Shown: positions 38,384 to 49,260, counted from the stretch's first letter. The stretch is DNA of 58,226 nt from an uncultured Lentisphaeria bacterium (GCA_937900075.1 CALCCZ010000102.1:1-58226), one strand, 5' to 3'. Notes: generated by a model not told the origin, from the sequence alone. Numbers and translations are program-made.

Positions 38384-38511
38384 ATTATGTTTTCAGTTGC
38401 AACACCCGATTATGCACTGACAGCGGGAAGACATGTATGATCTGGCAGTCACGCAGGAGATCCCGGTTCGTGATCGTAAAGAATGTTAAACATGATTATG
38501 GAGTCATCCAA

Positions 38512-38937
38512 ATGAAGACTTATTTAGCTAAACGCGGGGAAATAGCGCGCAAGGACGTCGTTCTCGACGCCACGAATGTGCCGCTGGGACGTCTCGCAGT
38601 GAAGATTGTCAATATGCTGCGTGGGAAAGATAAACCGACCTTCACGCCGCATGTCGATACCGGTGTTGGTGTTATCGTGATCAACGCGGAAAAAGTTCTG
38701 TTGACCGGGAATAAGGAAACGGGAAAGATTTATGATTCTTACTCTGGTTTCCGCAGTGGTCTGAAGCACGCGAGTGCAGCAGAAGTACGTGCAAAACATC
38801 CGGATAAACTCATCCGTGATGCCGTGTGGGGCATGCTTCCGGAAGGACGTCTTGCCAGACAGCAGTACAGAAAACTGAAAGTTTACGCCGGCCCGGAACA
38901 TCCGCATGCCGCGCAGAATCCGGAATCCGTGGAATAA
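38512..38937 (+). CDS. rplM: 50S ribosomal protein L13
   Basis: MKTYLAKRGEI...VLDATNVPLGRLAVKIVNMLRGKDKPTFTPHVDTG. GGAG RBS. The track ORF starts upstream at 38437. Confidence 0.95.
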   Translation: MKTYLAKRGEIARKDVVLDATNVPLGRLAVKIVNMLRGKDKPTFTPHVDTGVGVIVINAEKVLLTGNKETGKIYDSYSGFRSGLKHASAAEVRAKHPDKLIRDAVWGMLPEGRLARQQYRKLKVYAGPEHPHAAQNPESVE

Positions 38938-38955
38938 TAGGAGAAGGACTGAAAA

Positions 38956-39348
38956 ATGAGTGAAAATACAATTACCACAACTGGGCGTCGGAAATGCGCC
39001 AGTGCCCGCGTAAGACTTGCAGCGGGAACAGGGAAAATCGTAGTCAACGGACTTGAGATGGACAAGTATTTCGAAACCGAAGCACTGCGCGGTTACATCA
39101 TGCAGCCGTTGAAGCTCCTCGGAATTGAAGGTACATTTGATATTACTGCTACCATCAGCGGCGGCGGAAAAGCCGGTCAGGCAGGTGCTCTGCGCCACGG
39201 TATTGCCCGTATCCTCGTAAAAGAAAACGAAGACTACAAGGCAAAACTGAAAGAAGCCGGAATGCTCACACGCGATGCCCGCGAAAAAGAACGCAAAAAG
39301 CCCGGTCAGCCCGGTGCAAGAAGACGTTTCCAGTTCTCGAAACGCTAA
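38956..39348 (+). CDS. rpsI: 30S ribosomal protein S9
   Basis: GRRKCASARVRL...GGGKAGQAGALRHGIARIL...PGARRRFQFSKR. Confidence 0.95.
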   Translation: MSENTITTTGRRKCASARVRLAAGTGKIVVNGLEMDKYFETEALRGYIMQPLKLLGIEGTFDITATISGGGKAGQAGALRHGIARILVKENEDYKAKLKEAGMLTRDAREKERKKPGQPGARRRFQFSKR

Positions 39349-39377
39349 ACGTTCCCGAACGCGAAAATGTTTTTACA

Positions 39378-39414
39378 ACGGGGTATGGCCGATTGGGTCG
39401 TCCCCGTTTTTTTA
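39378..39414 (+). terminator. Intrinsic terminator after rpsI
   Basis: ACGGGG ... CCCCGT stem followed by T8. Confidence 0.65.
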
Positions 39415-39457
39415 TTGAAACATATTGCATAACAACTATTCAAGGAAAATTTGTCAG

Positions 39458-40486
39458 ATGGAAAAAATCAAAGTTGCGATTGTTGGAGCTGCCGGTTATG
39501 CCGGTGAGGAATTGTTGCGTCTGCTGACCCGTCATCCAAATGTTGATATCAAAATCATTACTTCCCGCCAGAATGACGGCAAGGACATTGCAGAGGTATT
39601 TCCGAAACTTGCCGGAACCGGTCTGAAATTCTCTATGCCGGATGTGCAGAAAATCATTGAAACCTGTGATGCTGCGTTTCTTGCGCTGCCACATGGTTTA
39701 GCAGCGGAATACGCAATTCCACTGATGAAGGGCGGTGTCGCCGTATTTGATATTTCCGCTGATTTCCGTCTGCGCTCTGTTGAAAAATACAAGGAATATT
39801 ACAAGGCGGATCATCCGGCACCGGAATTGCTGAAAACAACGGTTTACGGTCAGCCGGAACGTTACCGGGAACAATTGCGTACTGCCAATCTTGTGGCGTG
39901 TGCGGGATGCTATCCCACCAGTATCATTGTTTCCGTGAGTCCTCTGCTGGCAGCGGGACTTGTTTCCCCGGAAGGAATCGTAGTGAACAGTTTATCCGGT
40001 GTTACCGGAGCGGGCCGGAAAGTGGATTTGCCGTATATTTTCCCTGAATGCAATGAAAGTATTCATGCCTACGCGCCGGCGGGACATCGTCATTTGCCGG
40101 AAATCGAACAGGAACTCGCGGCGGCAGCTGGAGTAGATGAAGTTACCATCAATTTTATTCCGCATCTGATTCCCGTGAACCGGGGTATCAATTCCACAAT
40201 CGTGCTGAATCCTACAGAAAAATTCACACCGGAAGGAGTTGAGGCAGCATATAAGGCAGCCTACGGAACAGAACAGTTTGTCCGGGTTCTTCCGGCAGGA
40301 AAACTTCCGGATACCAAGCATGTGACGTTCACCAATGTCTGCGAAATCGGCTATGTGTACGACAAACATGCAAAAAAACTGCTGGTCTTCAGCTGTATTG
40401 ACAACCTGACAAAAGGTGCTTCCGGTCAGGCTATCCAGTGCATGAACATCCGTTTCGGTCTGGATGAGGCGGCAGGATTGAAATAA
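39458..40486 (+). CDS. argC: N-acetyl-gamma-glutamyl-phosphate reductase
   Basis: MEKIKVAIVGAAGYAGEELLRLL, active-site region ACAGCYPTS. ATG at 39458 preceded by AAGGAAA. Confidence 0.9.
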   Translation: MEKIKVAIVGAAGYAGEELLRLLTRHPNVDIKIITSRQNDGKDIAEVFPKLAGTGLKFSMPDVQKIIETCDAAFLALPHGLAAEYAIPLMKGGVAVFDISADFRLRSVEKYKEYYKADHPAPELLKTTVYGQPERYREQLRTANLVACAGCYPTSIIVSVSPLLAAGLVSPEGIVVNSLSGVTGAGRKVDLPYIFPECNESIHAYAPAGHRHLPEIEQELAAAAGVDEVTINFIPHLIPVNRGINSTIVLNPTEKFTPEGVEAAYKAAYGTEQFVRVLPAGKLPDTKHVTFTNVCEIGYVYDKHAKKLLVFSCIDNLTKGASGQAIQCMNIRFGLDEAAGLK

Positions 40487-40523
40487 GAAATATCTCAAAA
40501 ACATACAGGTAAGAAATACAAAA

Positions 40524-41513
40524 ATGATGAAAAACAAATTTGTTTCGATCTGCGTTCTTGTTATTCTCAGTACTTTACTCTGCGTCCCTTGCCCGGCTTC
40601 GGATAAGCCGTTCTACGTGTTAGACAGCGATCCGGGATTGGATGATTTGTTCGCACTTTTCGTCTTTGTGAAAGGCGGCGGAGAACCCGATGCATGTATT
40701 TCTTGTTATGGAAACAAACCGCTTTCGATGACACACCGGAATCTGCTGCTGATTCAAAAGTATCTGGGGTTTAAGTGCAAAGTTTTCGCCGGGGCATCGA
40801 CACCGCTGAACGGCAAACCGTTTTCTGAAGGAGATTTTCATGGCAGTGACGGTCTGGCAGGAATCCGCGAACTGGCAATGAAGATGCTTCAAATGGAGGA
40901 CCCGGGAGATCCTGTCGCAGTTGCCCCGAAAACGATTGCCAGTGAACTAATGAAACATGATAACATCGTCTATGTGTCTTTTGGTCCGCTGACCAACCTC
41001 GCCCGTTTACTGGACGCTGAACCGCAACTGAAAAAACGCATTTCGAAAGGCTGTCTCATGGGGGGGGGCCTGAAAGTTTTCAATAAAGAACACCAAACTG
41101 AGTTCAATTTTTTAGCCGACCCGGAAGCCGTCAAAAAAGTTTTCGCATCAGGATTGGATATCACGATTTTTCCGCTTGACTTCACGCATAAATACCCCCT
41201 CCAGAAAGCCCAGCTCAATGCGCTTGCGGGATTGGACAAGTATAAGCATCCGGTGCTTGTCATGTGCTTATATCGCAGTTATCTTTCCTGTCTCATCTAT
41301 AATGACAATGCCGGTGGTGCCATTCTCCATGACGCATTTACCGTACTCTATGTGCTGAATCCCGGAGAGTTCACAATTACAGACAAGCATCTTACAGTTG
41401 ATGAATGGGGACATATCGAGGAAAATCCAAATGGAGCTTTGATTCATGTGTGCACGGATACGCGTCCCGATATACTCTATCAGGCTCTGAAAAAGGGACT
41501 GTCCAACCCCTAA
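40524..41513 (+). CDS. Nucleoside hydrolase (IUNH family), exported
   Basis: LDSDPGLDDLFAL aspartate cluster. N-terminal signal-like VSICVLVILSTLLCVPCPA. Confidence 0.8.
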   Translation: MMKNKFVSICVLVILSTLLCVPCPASDKPFYVLDSDPGLDDLFALFVFVKGGGEPDACISCYGNKPLSMTHRNLLLIQKYLGFKCKVFAGASTPLNGKPFSEGDFHGSDGLAGIRELAMKMLQMEDPGDPVAVAPKTIASELMKHDNIVYVSFGPLTNLARLLDAEPQLKKRISKGCLMGGGLKVFNKEHQTEFNFLADPEAVKKVFASGLDITIFPLDFTHKYPLQKAQLNALAGLDKYKHPVLVMCLYRSYLSCLIYNDNAGGAILHDAFTVLYVLNPGEFTITDKHLTVDEWGHIEENPNGALIHVCTDTRPDILYQALKKGLSNP

Positions 41514-41564
41514 TAAAAAACTTGGAATTTCATTTTCCCGGAAACTGTGGACATCATGGATGAC

Positions 41565-43544
41565 TCAGCGTTCCGGGAGAAGTTTTTCCAGCATCGGAGT
41601 AATCGCATCGATCCAGGCATCGTAACCAGCCTGATTCGGATGAAGCAGGTCCGGGAGCAAATCCTTGCGGACAACCCGCTTATCCGTCATGAAAACAGAT
41701 CCGATATCCTGATAAAAAACGGTATTACCATCAGCGTACGTTTTGAGGATATCGTTGATTTTATCAATACGGCAGCCGACGGGGAACTCTTTTCCTCTGG
41801 GGAATATCCCGAGCAGAAGAATTTTTGTTTCAGGTGACTTTTTCTGAATGAGTTCCAGAATGGCTTTTACGCTGTCTGCCACTTCCTGAATGGAATACCG
41901 GTGATTATTGGTTCCGATCAGAAGGACAGCGAGTTCCGGATTGTATTCCTCGAAAATACCATGCTGCAGACGCCAAATAACATTCTGGGTTGTATCGCCG
42001 CTAATACCCAAATTCACAGGATTATATTTTGCAAGCCTGCTCCAGGCTTGACCACGAAAACCATCGGTAATGGAATCGCCGATGAAGAATACGCGCGGTG
42101 ACATTTTGTTGTCACGCATCCTGCGTATTTCAGCAATATGCCCAAGTTGACGTGCAAGATAATCATCCGCGGGAGATCCGTCGGGAGCCAGCTTGGGAAC
42201 GGCTTCCCGGACACCGGGGCGGCTTTTTACATTTATTGCCTTTCCCGGGAGGAGACCATTGTGTAATTTTTCGATGGCGAAATCCAGGGTGAAGGAAAGC
42301 GTTTTTGCCGGAGGGATGGCCGCTACGGTAAGAATATCCCCCTTTTTCAGATTACCAAGTTGGATATTGAGCGGCAATTCGGAAAAATTACCGGCAGTAA
42401 ACGATTTCCCGTTCAAAGCCACTTCCCAGAGGATATCATTCGCATTCAGGGAGGCGGCGAAATTTGTCATATAGTAATTACCGTCGGAAGGGATTGTATA
42501 GTTTACAAGACGGTAAATTCCGTCGGCCTTTTCTCCTTTCGGGGCAGTAAATGACCATGGGGACCGGAACGCATTGCATTCCATCGGTTGCAAGTCGGTA
42601 AAACGTCCGTTTTTGTCTTTTTTTCCGGTAAAAAAGGACCAGTCGGGATTTTTGTCGGTGACGCTGCCGGGAACAGCGTCAATAAATTCGCGAGTTTCGA
42701 GAAAATTACGCATGGAATGAAACACGGCGGCATATTGAGCGGCGGCGTGTTCATTCGCAGCATCCACTGTATCCGCTTCGGCTGCCAAGGCGGCGAATTG
42801 CGTTTTGACCATCGTTTTCCAATTCAGGAAAGAACGGTTGTTGAACCGGTTCGCATCAAAGGGAAAATCCTCCCGGGCAGCGCGATCCGCAAGTCGCCGG
42901 ATGAGACAACGGTACATAGCGCATTTCTGTTCCGTGGTAAACTTGGGGAAACGTATACCCCCCCACTGTTCCGGACGGTGCAATTCGCCTTGCCAAGTCT
43001 GCATAATCCCGTTTCTGCCACGCACAATATTGAATTGCCATTCTTCGTTGTCTTCAGGAATGAGATACAGGAAAGTTTCCCAGGGGAAAAGGATTCGGAC
43101 GCAAATCGTATCGCCGTTGGTCCGGTAACTTGCCTGCCAGTCTTTCAGAAACGGATAGAACTTTCCGGTTTTTCCACGCGGATAAAAGGCAATGGACCGG
43201 TCACGGGCACTGCCGTACAGTTGGTAATAAGCCTTCCCGGAACGCGGAGACTGAAAAAAGATCTCAAGGATATTATCTTGAACGGCGCCCGACTTCAGCG
43301 TCGGCTCCGTCAATTCAATTTCCAGACCAAGAAAAAATTCATTGCAGGTAACCCGGAAAGCCGTAGTCGGCTGACCCGGCGGAACGGTTCCGTTGTACGG
43401 TTGAAAACTCTTATCGGCAACGGGAGAATCCTGTAAAGGCTCCAGCCAGGAAACGGGAAATACTATCCGTTCCGCAGGGGAACTCAGGACAGACAGAACA
43501 AGAGCGGGAATCAGAAAAAAGGTGCGCCAGAATTTAGATATCAT
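41565..43544 (-). CDS. Secreted CBM9/DOMON-like domain protein fused to a C-terminal SGNH/GDSL esterase
   Basis: C-terminal VFFIGDSITDGF, LLIGTNN, DLLHPNQAGY. N-terminal part has a CBM9-like pattern (ILEIFFQSP...YYQLYG). The ATG at 43544 (MISKFWRTFFLIPALVL signal peptide, GGAG RBS) is preferred over 43568. Confidence 0.7.
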   Translation of the reverse strand: MISKFWRTFFLIPALVLSVLSSPAERIVFPVSWLEPLQDSPVADKSFQPYNGTVPPGQPTTAFRVTCNEFFLGLEIELTEPTLKSGAVQDNILEIFFQSPRSGKAYYQLYGSARDRSIAFYPRGKTGKFYPFLKDWQASYRTNGDTICVRILFPWETFLYLIPEDNEEWQFNIVRGRNGIMQTWQGELHRPEQWGGIRFPKFTTEQKCAMYRCLIRRLADRAAREDFPFDANRFNNRSFLNWKTMVKTQFAALAAEADTVDAANEHAAAQYAAVFHSMRNFLETREFIDAVPGSVTDKNPDWSFFTGKKDKNGRFTDLQPMECNAFRSPWSFTAPKGEKADGIYRLVNYTIPSDGNYYMTNFAASLNANDILWEVALNGKSFTAGNFSELPLNIQLGNLKKGDILTVAAIPPAKTLSFTLDFAIEKLHNGLLPGKAINVKSRPGVREAVPKLAPDGSPADDYLARQLGHIAEIRRMRDNKMSPRVFFIGDSITDGFRGQAWSRLAKYNPVNLGISGDTTQNVIWRLQHGIFEEYNPELAVLLIGTNNHRYSIQEVADSVKAILELIQKKSPETKILLLGIFPRGKEFPVGCRIDKINDILKTYADGNTVFYQDIGSVFMTDKRVVRKDLLPDLLHPNQAGYDAWIDAITPMLEKLLPER

Positions 43545-43757
43545 AATAAAACTCCGTTGTTGGGACATTGCAGGGACACGTTACAAGAACGGAATATAAT
43601 GCAATATTTCAAAAAAAACAAATACGGACAGTGAAAAAAAAGAAATATATGCTATATTTATGAGGATGACCGGAAGAACTTTGCGGTGTTTTGCGTACGG
43701 ATGTCAGTCGGACCGGGATTTTTCTTCAGAACAATTGATACGGAATCAGGGGAAAAT

Positions 43758-45152
43758 ATGAGTTTTTTTGCGGAATTGCTTTTGGCATGGCACTATTTCA
43801 AACCGAAACGCAGTGCTGTCAGTATTATTACGCTTATCAGCGTGATAGGCGTAGCTTTGGGGGTCTGCGTATTGATTGTCGTAATTGCCGTAATGACCGG
43901 TTTTTCCGACCATCTGAAAAATAAACTGATAGAAACCGGCTCACACGGACAGTTGCGGCGCGCGATTGTCACTTCTGCCAAACATCCCGACGGAGTCGCG
44001 TCTTTCTTTACGGAAGAAGAAGCGGCGTCAGCCATTGCCATGCTGAAAGCCAAGGGAGCAACGGAAGCGATTCCCCTGCTGCGTTCTCCCGTACTGATGC
44101 AGGTGGGCGAATCCTTCCAGCCGAAATTTGTTCTTGCGTTTCAGGAGGATAGCGAATGCAGCCATTTCCCTGTTCGGGAAGCCGTGGAGCGTGCGGAAAA
44201 AATGGAAAAGGAAACAGCTGCGCGTTTCGGACTGCCCCCCCGGGATACGGGAAAATACTCGCTGGGACCGAAAGAAGTCATGATCAGTAACGTTCTGGCA
44301 GAGGACTATCATTTGCAGGTCGGCAGCAAAATTGTGCTGCATACGCAAAGCCGCCTGATGGGATTGTTCCGGAAAGATGAACAGGGGCGATATACCCTTG
44401 ACAGCGAATCGGAAAAATATTTACCGGCTGAGTTCACGGTATCCGGTATTTTCACGTTCGACAAATACGATTTCGATAAAAACATTATTTTCATGAATCT
44501 GCTGGATGCCGATGATATCTGCGGTTTGAACTGGGGCGATGCCACGCATATTTATTTCTGGGTAAAGGACCCGTTCCACATGAAAACGTTCAGTGAGGAT
44601 GTTCAGCGGGAACTTGCAAATAATCCGGTCTATCAGACGCCTGACAAAAGAATACTGTACAACACTTGGGAAGACATGAACCGTCAGTTTTTAGATGTGT
44701 TGCAGGTGGAAAAAAGCATGATGTTCTTTCTGCTGATTTTCATCGTACTGGTAGCAGCATTCAGTATAACAAATACTCTGATTACCACGGTCATTCAGAA
44801 AACGAAGGAAATCGGATTACTGAAAGCAATGGGAGCAAGTTCCGGTGCTGTTATGCGGATTTTCGTGCTGCAAGGTGCGTTTGTCGGTATTCTCGGTGTC
44901 GGATTCGGTGTATTTCTCGGTTGGCTTGTCGTTTTCTACCGTATGAATATTCTTTACACCATGCGCGCCGTTACCGGTATGGAAATATTCCCGAAACAAA
45001 TGTATCTCTTCAATGAATTGCCCGCTCATATCATCTGGAGCGATGTCTTGCTTATATCCATTATCAGTATCCTGCTCTGCACCTGCGGAGCGATTATTCC
45101 CGCTCTGCGGGCTGCACATCTTGACCCGGCAAAGGCTCTGCGCTATGAATAA
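43758..45152 (+). CDS. Lipoprotein-releasing ABC transporter permease (LolC/E/F-type, FtsX fold)
   Basis: MSFFAELLLAWHYFKPKR...ISVIGVALGV N-terminus, large periplasmic loop, C-terminal FtsX TM bundle ending LDPAKALRYE. ATG at 43758 preceded by AGGGGA. Confidence 0.85.
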   Translation: MSFFAELLLAWHYFKPKRSAVSIITLISVIGVALGVCVLIVVIAVMTGFSDHLKNKLIETGSHGQLRRAIVTSAKHPDGVASFFTEEEAASAIAMLKAKGATEAIPLLRSPVLMQVGESFQPKFVLAFQEDSECSHFPVREAVERAEKMEKETAARFGLPPRDTGKYSLGPKEVMISNVLAEDYHLQVGSKIVLHTQSRLMGLFRKDEQGRYTLDSESEKYLPAEFTVSGIFTFDKYDFDKNIIFMNLLDADDICGLNWGDATHIYFWVKDPFHMKTFSEDVQRELANNPVYQTPDKRILYNTWEDMNRQFLDVLQVEKSMMFFLLIFIVLVAAFSITNTLITTVIQKTKEIGLLKAMGASSGAVMRIFVLQGAFVGILGVGFGVFLGWLVVFYRMNILYTMRAVTGMEIFPKQMYLFNELPAHIIWSDVLLISIISILLCTCGAIIPALRAAHLDPAKALRYE

Positions 45153-45837
45153 TACATCCAATCCCGAATTTCTGAAATTAACGGATATCCGAAAAAAATT
45201 CCGCGTTGCAAAACATGAAATATCCGTATTGAAAGGCGTTTCTCTTACGGCAGCGGAAGGAGAATGGATCACTTTGCTCGGTGCTTCCGGAAGCGGAAAA
45301 ACCACTCTTCTGGACATCATCGGCACGATATCCACGCCTGACAGCGGTTCTCTTTCCATCGCAGAGGTCAATCCGGCAAAACTCTCTTCTCGTCTGCTGG
45401 TGGATTTCCGGCGCGAATATATCGGGTTCGTATTTCAATCATATCACATTCTGCCGGAATTGAACATTCTCGAAAATGTAATGCTCCCCGCTCTCCTTTC
45501 CGGGGAAAAACGTTCCTCAGTAAAAGAACGTGCGATGGAACTGCTCAAATCTGTCGGACTCGAACAGCGGATCCTGCACCGTCCCAACGAACTCTCCGGT
45601 GGCGAACAGCAGCGTGCGGCTATTGCCCGATCCCTGATTAATGAACCAAAATTACTTCTTGCGGACGAACCGACCGGCAATCTGGACCGTGAAACCGGAA
45701 ACGGCATTTTGGATATTTTCAAAAAAATACACGAAAAAGGCGAAATGACAATTGTCATGGTGACGCACGACCACTCCGTGGCAAGTCTGGCGGATCGTAC
45801 AATTGAATTGAAGGACGGAATCATCCGGACCCGATGA
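45145..45837 (+). CDS. lolD: Lipoprotein-releasing ABC transporter ATP-binding protein
   Basis: Walker A GASGSGKTT, signature LSGGEQQR, Walker B LLLADEPTGNLD. The start overlaps the permease stop by 8 nt. Confidence 0.9.
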   Translation: MNNTSNPEFLKLTDIRKKFRVAKHEISVLKGVSLTAAEGEWITLLGASGSGKTTLLDIIGTISTPDSGSLSIAEVNPAKLSSRLLVDFRREYIGFVFQSYHILPELNILENVMLPALLSGEKRSSVKERAMELLKSVGLEQRILHRPNELSGGEQQRAAIARSLINEPKLLLADEPTGNLDRETGNGILDIFKKIHEKGEMTIVMVTHDHSVASLADRTIELKDGIIRTR

Positions 45838-45886
45838 ACGCCTTGATGAGGACCATGTTTGGAACCGCATCAAATACACTCGCGTC

Positions 45887-47257
45887 TCACTGGTCGAAAC
45901 ACATCTCCAGATAGCTGCTTTCCAGTTCCGGATTTCTCATTTTGCGGATAGCTGACAGTTCAATCTGACGAATTCTCTCACGACTGAGTCCAAAAACCTT
46001 GCTGACCTCGAGCAAAGTCTTCGTTTTGCCCGTATCCAAACCATAGCGCATCCGGATAACCTGTTGTTCGCGCTCTGACAGAGAACGTATCGCCCGCTCA
46101 AGCTGTTCCGAAAAATGCATTGTTACTGCCTTGTAAACCGGATTCCCCGATACACCGTTGCTCAGAAGATTATCCAACGCGATTTTTTCCTCGGTATCGG
46201 GAAGCGGCGCCTGAAGAGAAATTGCCTGTTTCGCCATCTTCTGTATGGCACTGACACGCTCTTTCGTCAAATCCAGCTCGGCGGCAATAGCGGCTTCATC
46301 CGGCATGGTACCATGCCGCTGCAGATAATTCTGTTCCGCCCGGTTGATCCGTGCGATAGTGGCAATCATGTGTGCCGGCAGGCGAATGACTCTGGATTGG
46401 CTGGTAATAGCGTAATTGACAGCTTGTTTGATCCACCAGGTAGCATACGTGGAAAACTTGTGTCCCAACTTGTAGTCAAACTTGCTGATAGCGCGCATAA
46501 GGCCTAAATTACCCTCCTGAATCATGTCAGACACCTGCACATTACTTCCATGCGCATGATTGGCCAGACTGACTACAAGCCGCAGATTCCGCGTAACCAT
46601 CTGCTGAAGATAATCATTCATCATCTGAAAGGATTTTTCCACACATTCAAGCGATTTTTGGAACGAGACCGGCGAACAAAGGAGTTCTTCGGAAAGACTT
46701 TTCTGTGTTCCGGGAATCATTTCACTGCCACTGAACTGGTAGCCATGAAAAGCCATCAGCAGATATTCGGTCCACTCATTTATTTTTTCACGGGAAACCG
46801 GATAACGTGAAAGAAGTTTGACCGCTTTCTTTCTGAGTGCTGCAGCTTTTTGATTTTTACCGTTTTGAAATGCAGTTTCCAGTTCCGTGTAAAGAACCTG
46901 TATCTCCCCGCACCATCTTTTCAAATCCGGAAGAACCGTACCGATATTTTTTTTATCGTCAAAATCTCCAAGGGAAGACAACGGGAAATAATCTGTAATA
47001 GCAGACTGCGCACAATTGGTCAGAAAATCAATATGCTTTTTCAAAACAAATCCGCAAGAGCAGAGAACACTGCGTATTTCCTGGTCAGCACGGTCGATAT
47101 TTTCCCAGAGTTCACGTTCCTGTTCGGATGTCAATGGCTCACTTGCTGTCTGCAACTGCCGAAAATAATTTTGCAGAGAACCGGACTCGCACTGGAAATT
47201 GAATCGTTTTTTTTCCTCACCGGAAACTTCGTTGATATTTTGTTTCAGATCTGCCAC
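45887..47257 (-). CDS. Sigma-70 family RNA polymerase sigma factor, RpoD/SigA-like (group 1/2)
   Basis: Region 2 DMIQEGNLGLMRAISKFD...FSTYATWWIKQAV, region 3, region 4.2 TLLEVSKVFGLSRERIRQIE. Only a GTG start (47257) is available in this frame. Confidence 0.85.
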   Translation of the reverse strand: MADLKQNINEVSGEEKKRFNFQCESGSLQNYFRQLQTASEPLTSEQERELWENIDRADQEIRSVLCSCGFVLKKHIDFLTNCAQSAITDYFPLSSLGDFDDKKNIGTVLPDLKRWCGEIQVLYTELETAFQNGKNQKAAALRKKAVKLLSRYPVSREKINEWTEYLLMAFHGYQFSGSEMIPGTQKSLSEELLCSPVSFQKSLECVEKSFQMMNDYLQQMVTRNLRLVVSLANHAHGSNVQVSDMIQEGNLGLMRAISKFDYKLGHKFSTYATWWIKQAVNYAITSQSRVIRLPAHMIATIARINRAEQNYLQRHGTMPDEAAIAAELDLTKERVSAIQKMAKQAISLQAPLPDTEEKIALDNLLSNGVSGNPVYKAVTMHFSEQLERAIRSLSEREQQVIRMRYGLDTGKTKTLLEVSKVFGLSRERIRQIELSAIRKMRNPELESSYLEMCFDQ

Positions 47258-47409
47258 TGCCGTTATCCATTATTCTGCATGTAATTGTAATCCTTGAGTC
47301 GCCTTTTGGAAGCACTGTTCTTAACTATACTCCCGGATTTCTGTTTTTTCAAGTCTGTTTTAAAAAGTTTTCAACAGCATATTACTTCACCCGGTCTGCC
47401 GATTCCGCG

Positions 47410-49260
47410 TTATGCCTTAAAATCCTTCATTTTCACAGTTCCGGAAAAAGCATTTACAGGGCAGAATTTGACGTACGTGAGTTCCGAATCCGGCTCAGGA
47501 TGAAGCCAGGAACATTCATACCAGGTAATGCCGTTGGCATCCGCAGCGGGCAATGTTTCCGCAGCGACCTCCGCGTACTGCATACTGAACTGGTAGTTGT
47601 CGCAAATATCGCACGGATCCTCACGCCGGATTGCATTAACCTTTTCGTTCGATATGTTCTGTCCGAAAATAACGGGCAGTGCATACTCATGTCCCGTACT
47701 GCTGCGAACAATATGATGTCCCAGCAGATATTTCTTTTCATCCACAAACCATCCGTCCACAAAACAGCGGTATGGAATATTCTGTGTCGTGGTATGTTTC
47801 AGAGTCACAAATTTTGACCCGGCGGGAAACAGGGACTTTCTCATCCTGTACAAATCCGCCATGACAAATTTCACAACTTCCCGATGCCGTTCCCCGCCAA
47901 CAGCAGGATTCCAGCTCAGAAGAAACGCATACGCCATATCAAACCAGATCCCGTTCCGTTGCAGGGTACGGAAATCCGCATCTCCCCAATTGGATATGAT
48001 ATATCCCCGGGCACCCGGTTGTGTCATCCGGCGTGACCATTCCGGCATTCCCGCAGGAGAGAAATTACCGAATGTGAATGAAAAACCGCGTTTAACATAT
48101 TCCTCTTCGAATCTGCGGTCAATGGACCAGTACCAATGCAGAATTTCCAAATCCTTCGGGATCAGATCAATGGCGGGATAAGTTGCATCCAGAATGGTAC
48201 CGTCCGGCTGGGTACGTTCCGATCCGCCGATAGCCTGACCATCCAGAAAATGTGAATTAAGCAATTTTTCGCCCCACAGCATGGTTTTAACGCCCTTTTC
48301 CGCCAGATGGTCCCGGATTTTCAGGATATCTTCCGCATAAATTTCCGGTGCGGTACGCTTTTTGCACTTTTCACACAGACGCATGGTATAATATTCATCG
48401 TGACCGATGTTGATAACGGCAGGATGAAATACCTCTATGACTTCATCAAACAAATCAAAAATCAGTTGATAATAGGCCGGTTCAGACGGACAGCAGGTAT
48501 CCGGATACGGGTCATCTTTCCTTTCGGAAAGTTCGGGATGACGCGTCAGCAGATAATCACAATGCGAAAGCGTCGGCATTTCGGGAATGATATCAATATA
48601 ATGTTCTTTACAGCAGTCAATCAGTTCCCGGATCAAATCTTGTGACAAGACCTTGCCGCGCCCGTTTGCCGCGTGAATGGAATTTTTGTGCCAGGAGAAC
48701 TTTGTCTGGATTTCATTTGCTTTGCCGGGATACTCGTTCATAAAAGCTGCGTATTCCAGCCAGCCTTCGTTGATCTCCGGATGCGATTTGTACTCCATAG
48801 CTCCGCCCAGTTCAATCATAATCGTATTGAAATGGTAGCGTGCTGCGATGGAAACCATGTTCTTCCATTCTCGAATAAAAGTTTCCGTAGGTTCCGGCAA
48901 ATAAACTTTAATACCGCGGACAGGCACGGTTGGTGCGGCGGAAAACGAACCTTCCGGTAAAGATCCGGATTCCGCAAGACGGAATATCGATTGCAGACCA
49001 TAGAAAAGACCGCGCTCCGAGCTTGCCTCGACCGTAATGACATCGGTCTGAACAGACAGAAAATACGCTTCGGAACAAGTATTTGCTTCATCCAGCGAAA
49101 AATGTATTTCCGTTACAGTCGAACCGGAATTTGCCAGCCGTGAAAAAGCGGTATCGCAAAAAGTCCCGAATCCCTCCGGAACATGACCGGTCAGTTTGGT
49201 TCCGGATGCGGGAACAGGAATCGTTTTGCCTGTAAAATTAACTTGGGATGCTGGAAACAT
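47410..49260 (-). CDS. GH20-like glycoside hydrolase (beta-N-acetylhexosaminidase-like), no signal peptide
   Basis: VRGIKVYLPEP...FNTIMIELGG TIM-barrel start and NIGHDEY (GH20 H/N-x-G-x-D-E catalytic motif). Confidence 0.6.
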   Translation of the reverse strand: MFPASQVNFTGKTIPVPASGTKLTGHVPEGFGTFCDTAFSRLANSGSTVTEIHFSLDEANTCSEAYFLSVQTDVITVEASSERGLFYGLQSIFRLAESGSLPEGSFSAAPTVPVRGIKVYLPEPTETFIREWKNMVSIAARYHFNTIMIELGGAMEYKSHPEINEGWLEYAAFMNEYPGKANEIQTKFSWHKNSIHAANGRGKVLSQDLIRELIDCCKEHYIDIIPEMPTLSHCDYLLTRHPELSERKDDPYPDTCCPSEPAYYQLIFDLFDEVIEVFHPAVINIGHDEYYTMRLCEKCKKRTAPEIYAEDILKIRDHLAEKGVKTMLWGEKLLNSHFLDGQAIGGSERTQPDGTILDATYPAIDLIPKDLEILHWYWSIDRRFEEEYVKRGFSFTFGNFSPAGMPEWSRRMTQPGARGYIISNWGDADFRTLQRNGIWFDMAYAFLLSWNPAVGGERHREVVKFVMADLYRMRKSLFPAGSKFVTLKHTTTQNIPYRCFVDGWFVDEKKYLLGHHIVRSSTGHEYALPVIFGQNISNEKVNAIRREDPCDICDNYQFSMQYAEVAAETLPAADANGITWYECSWLHPEPDSELTYVKFCPVNAFSGTVKMKDFKA

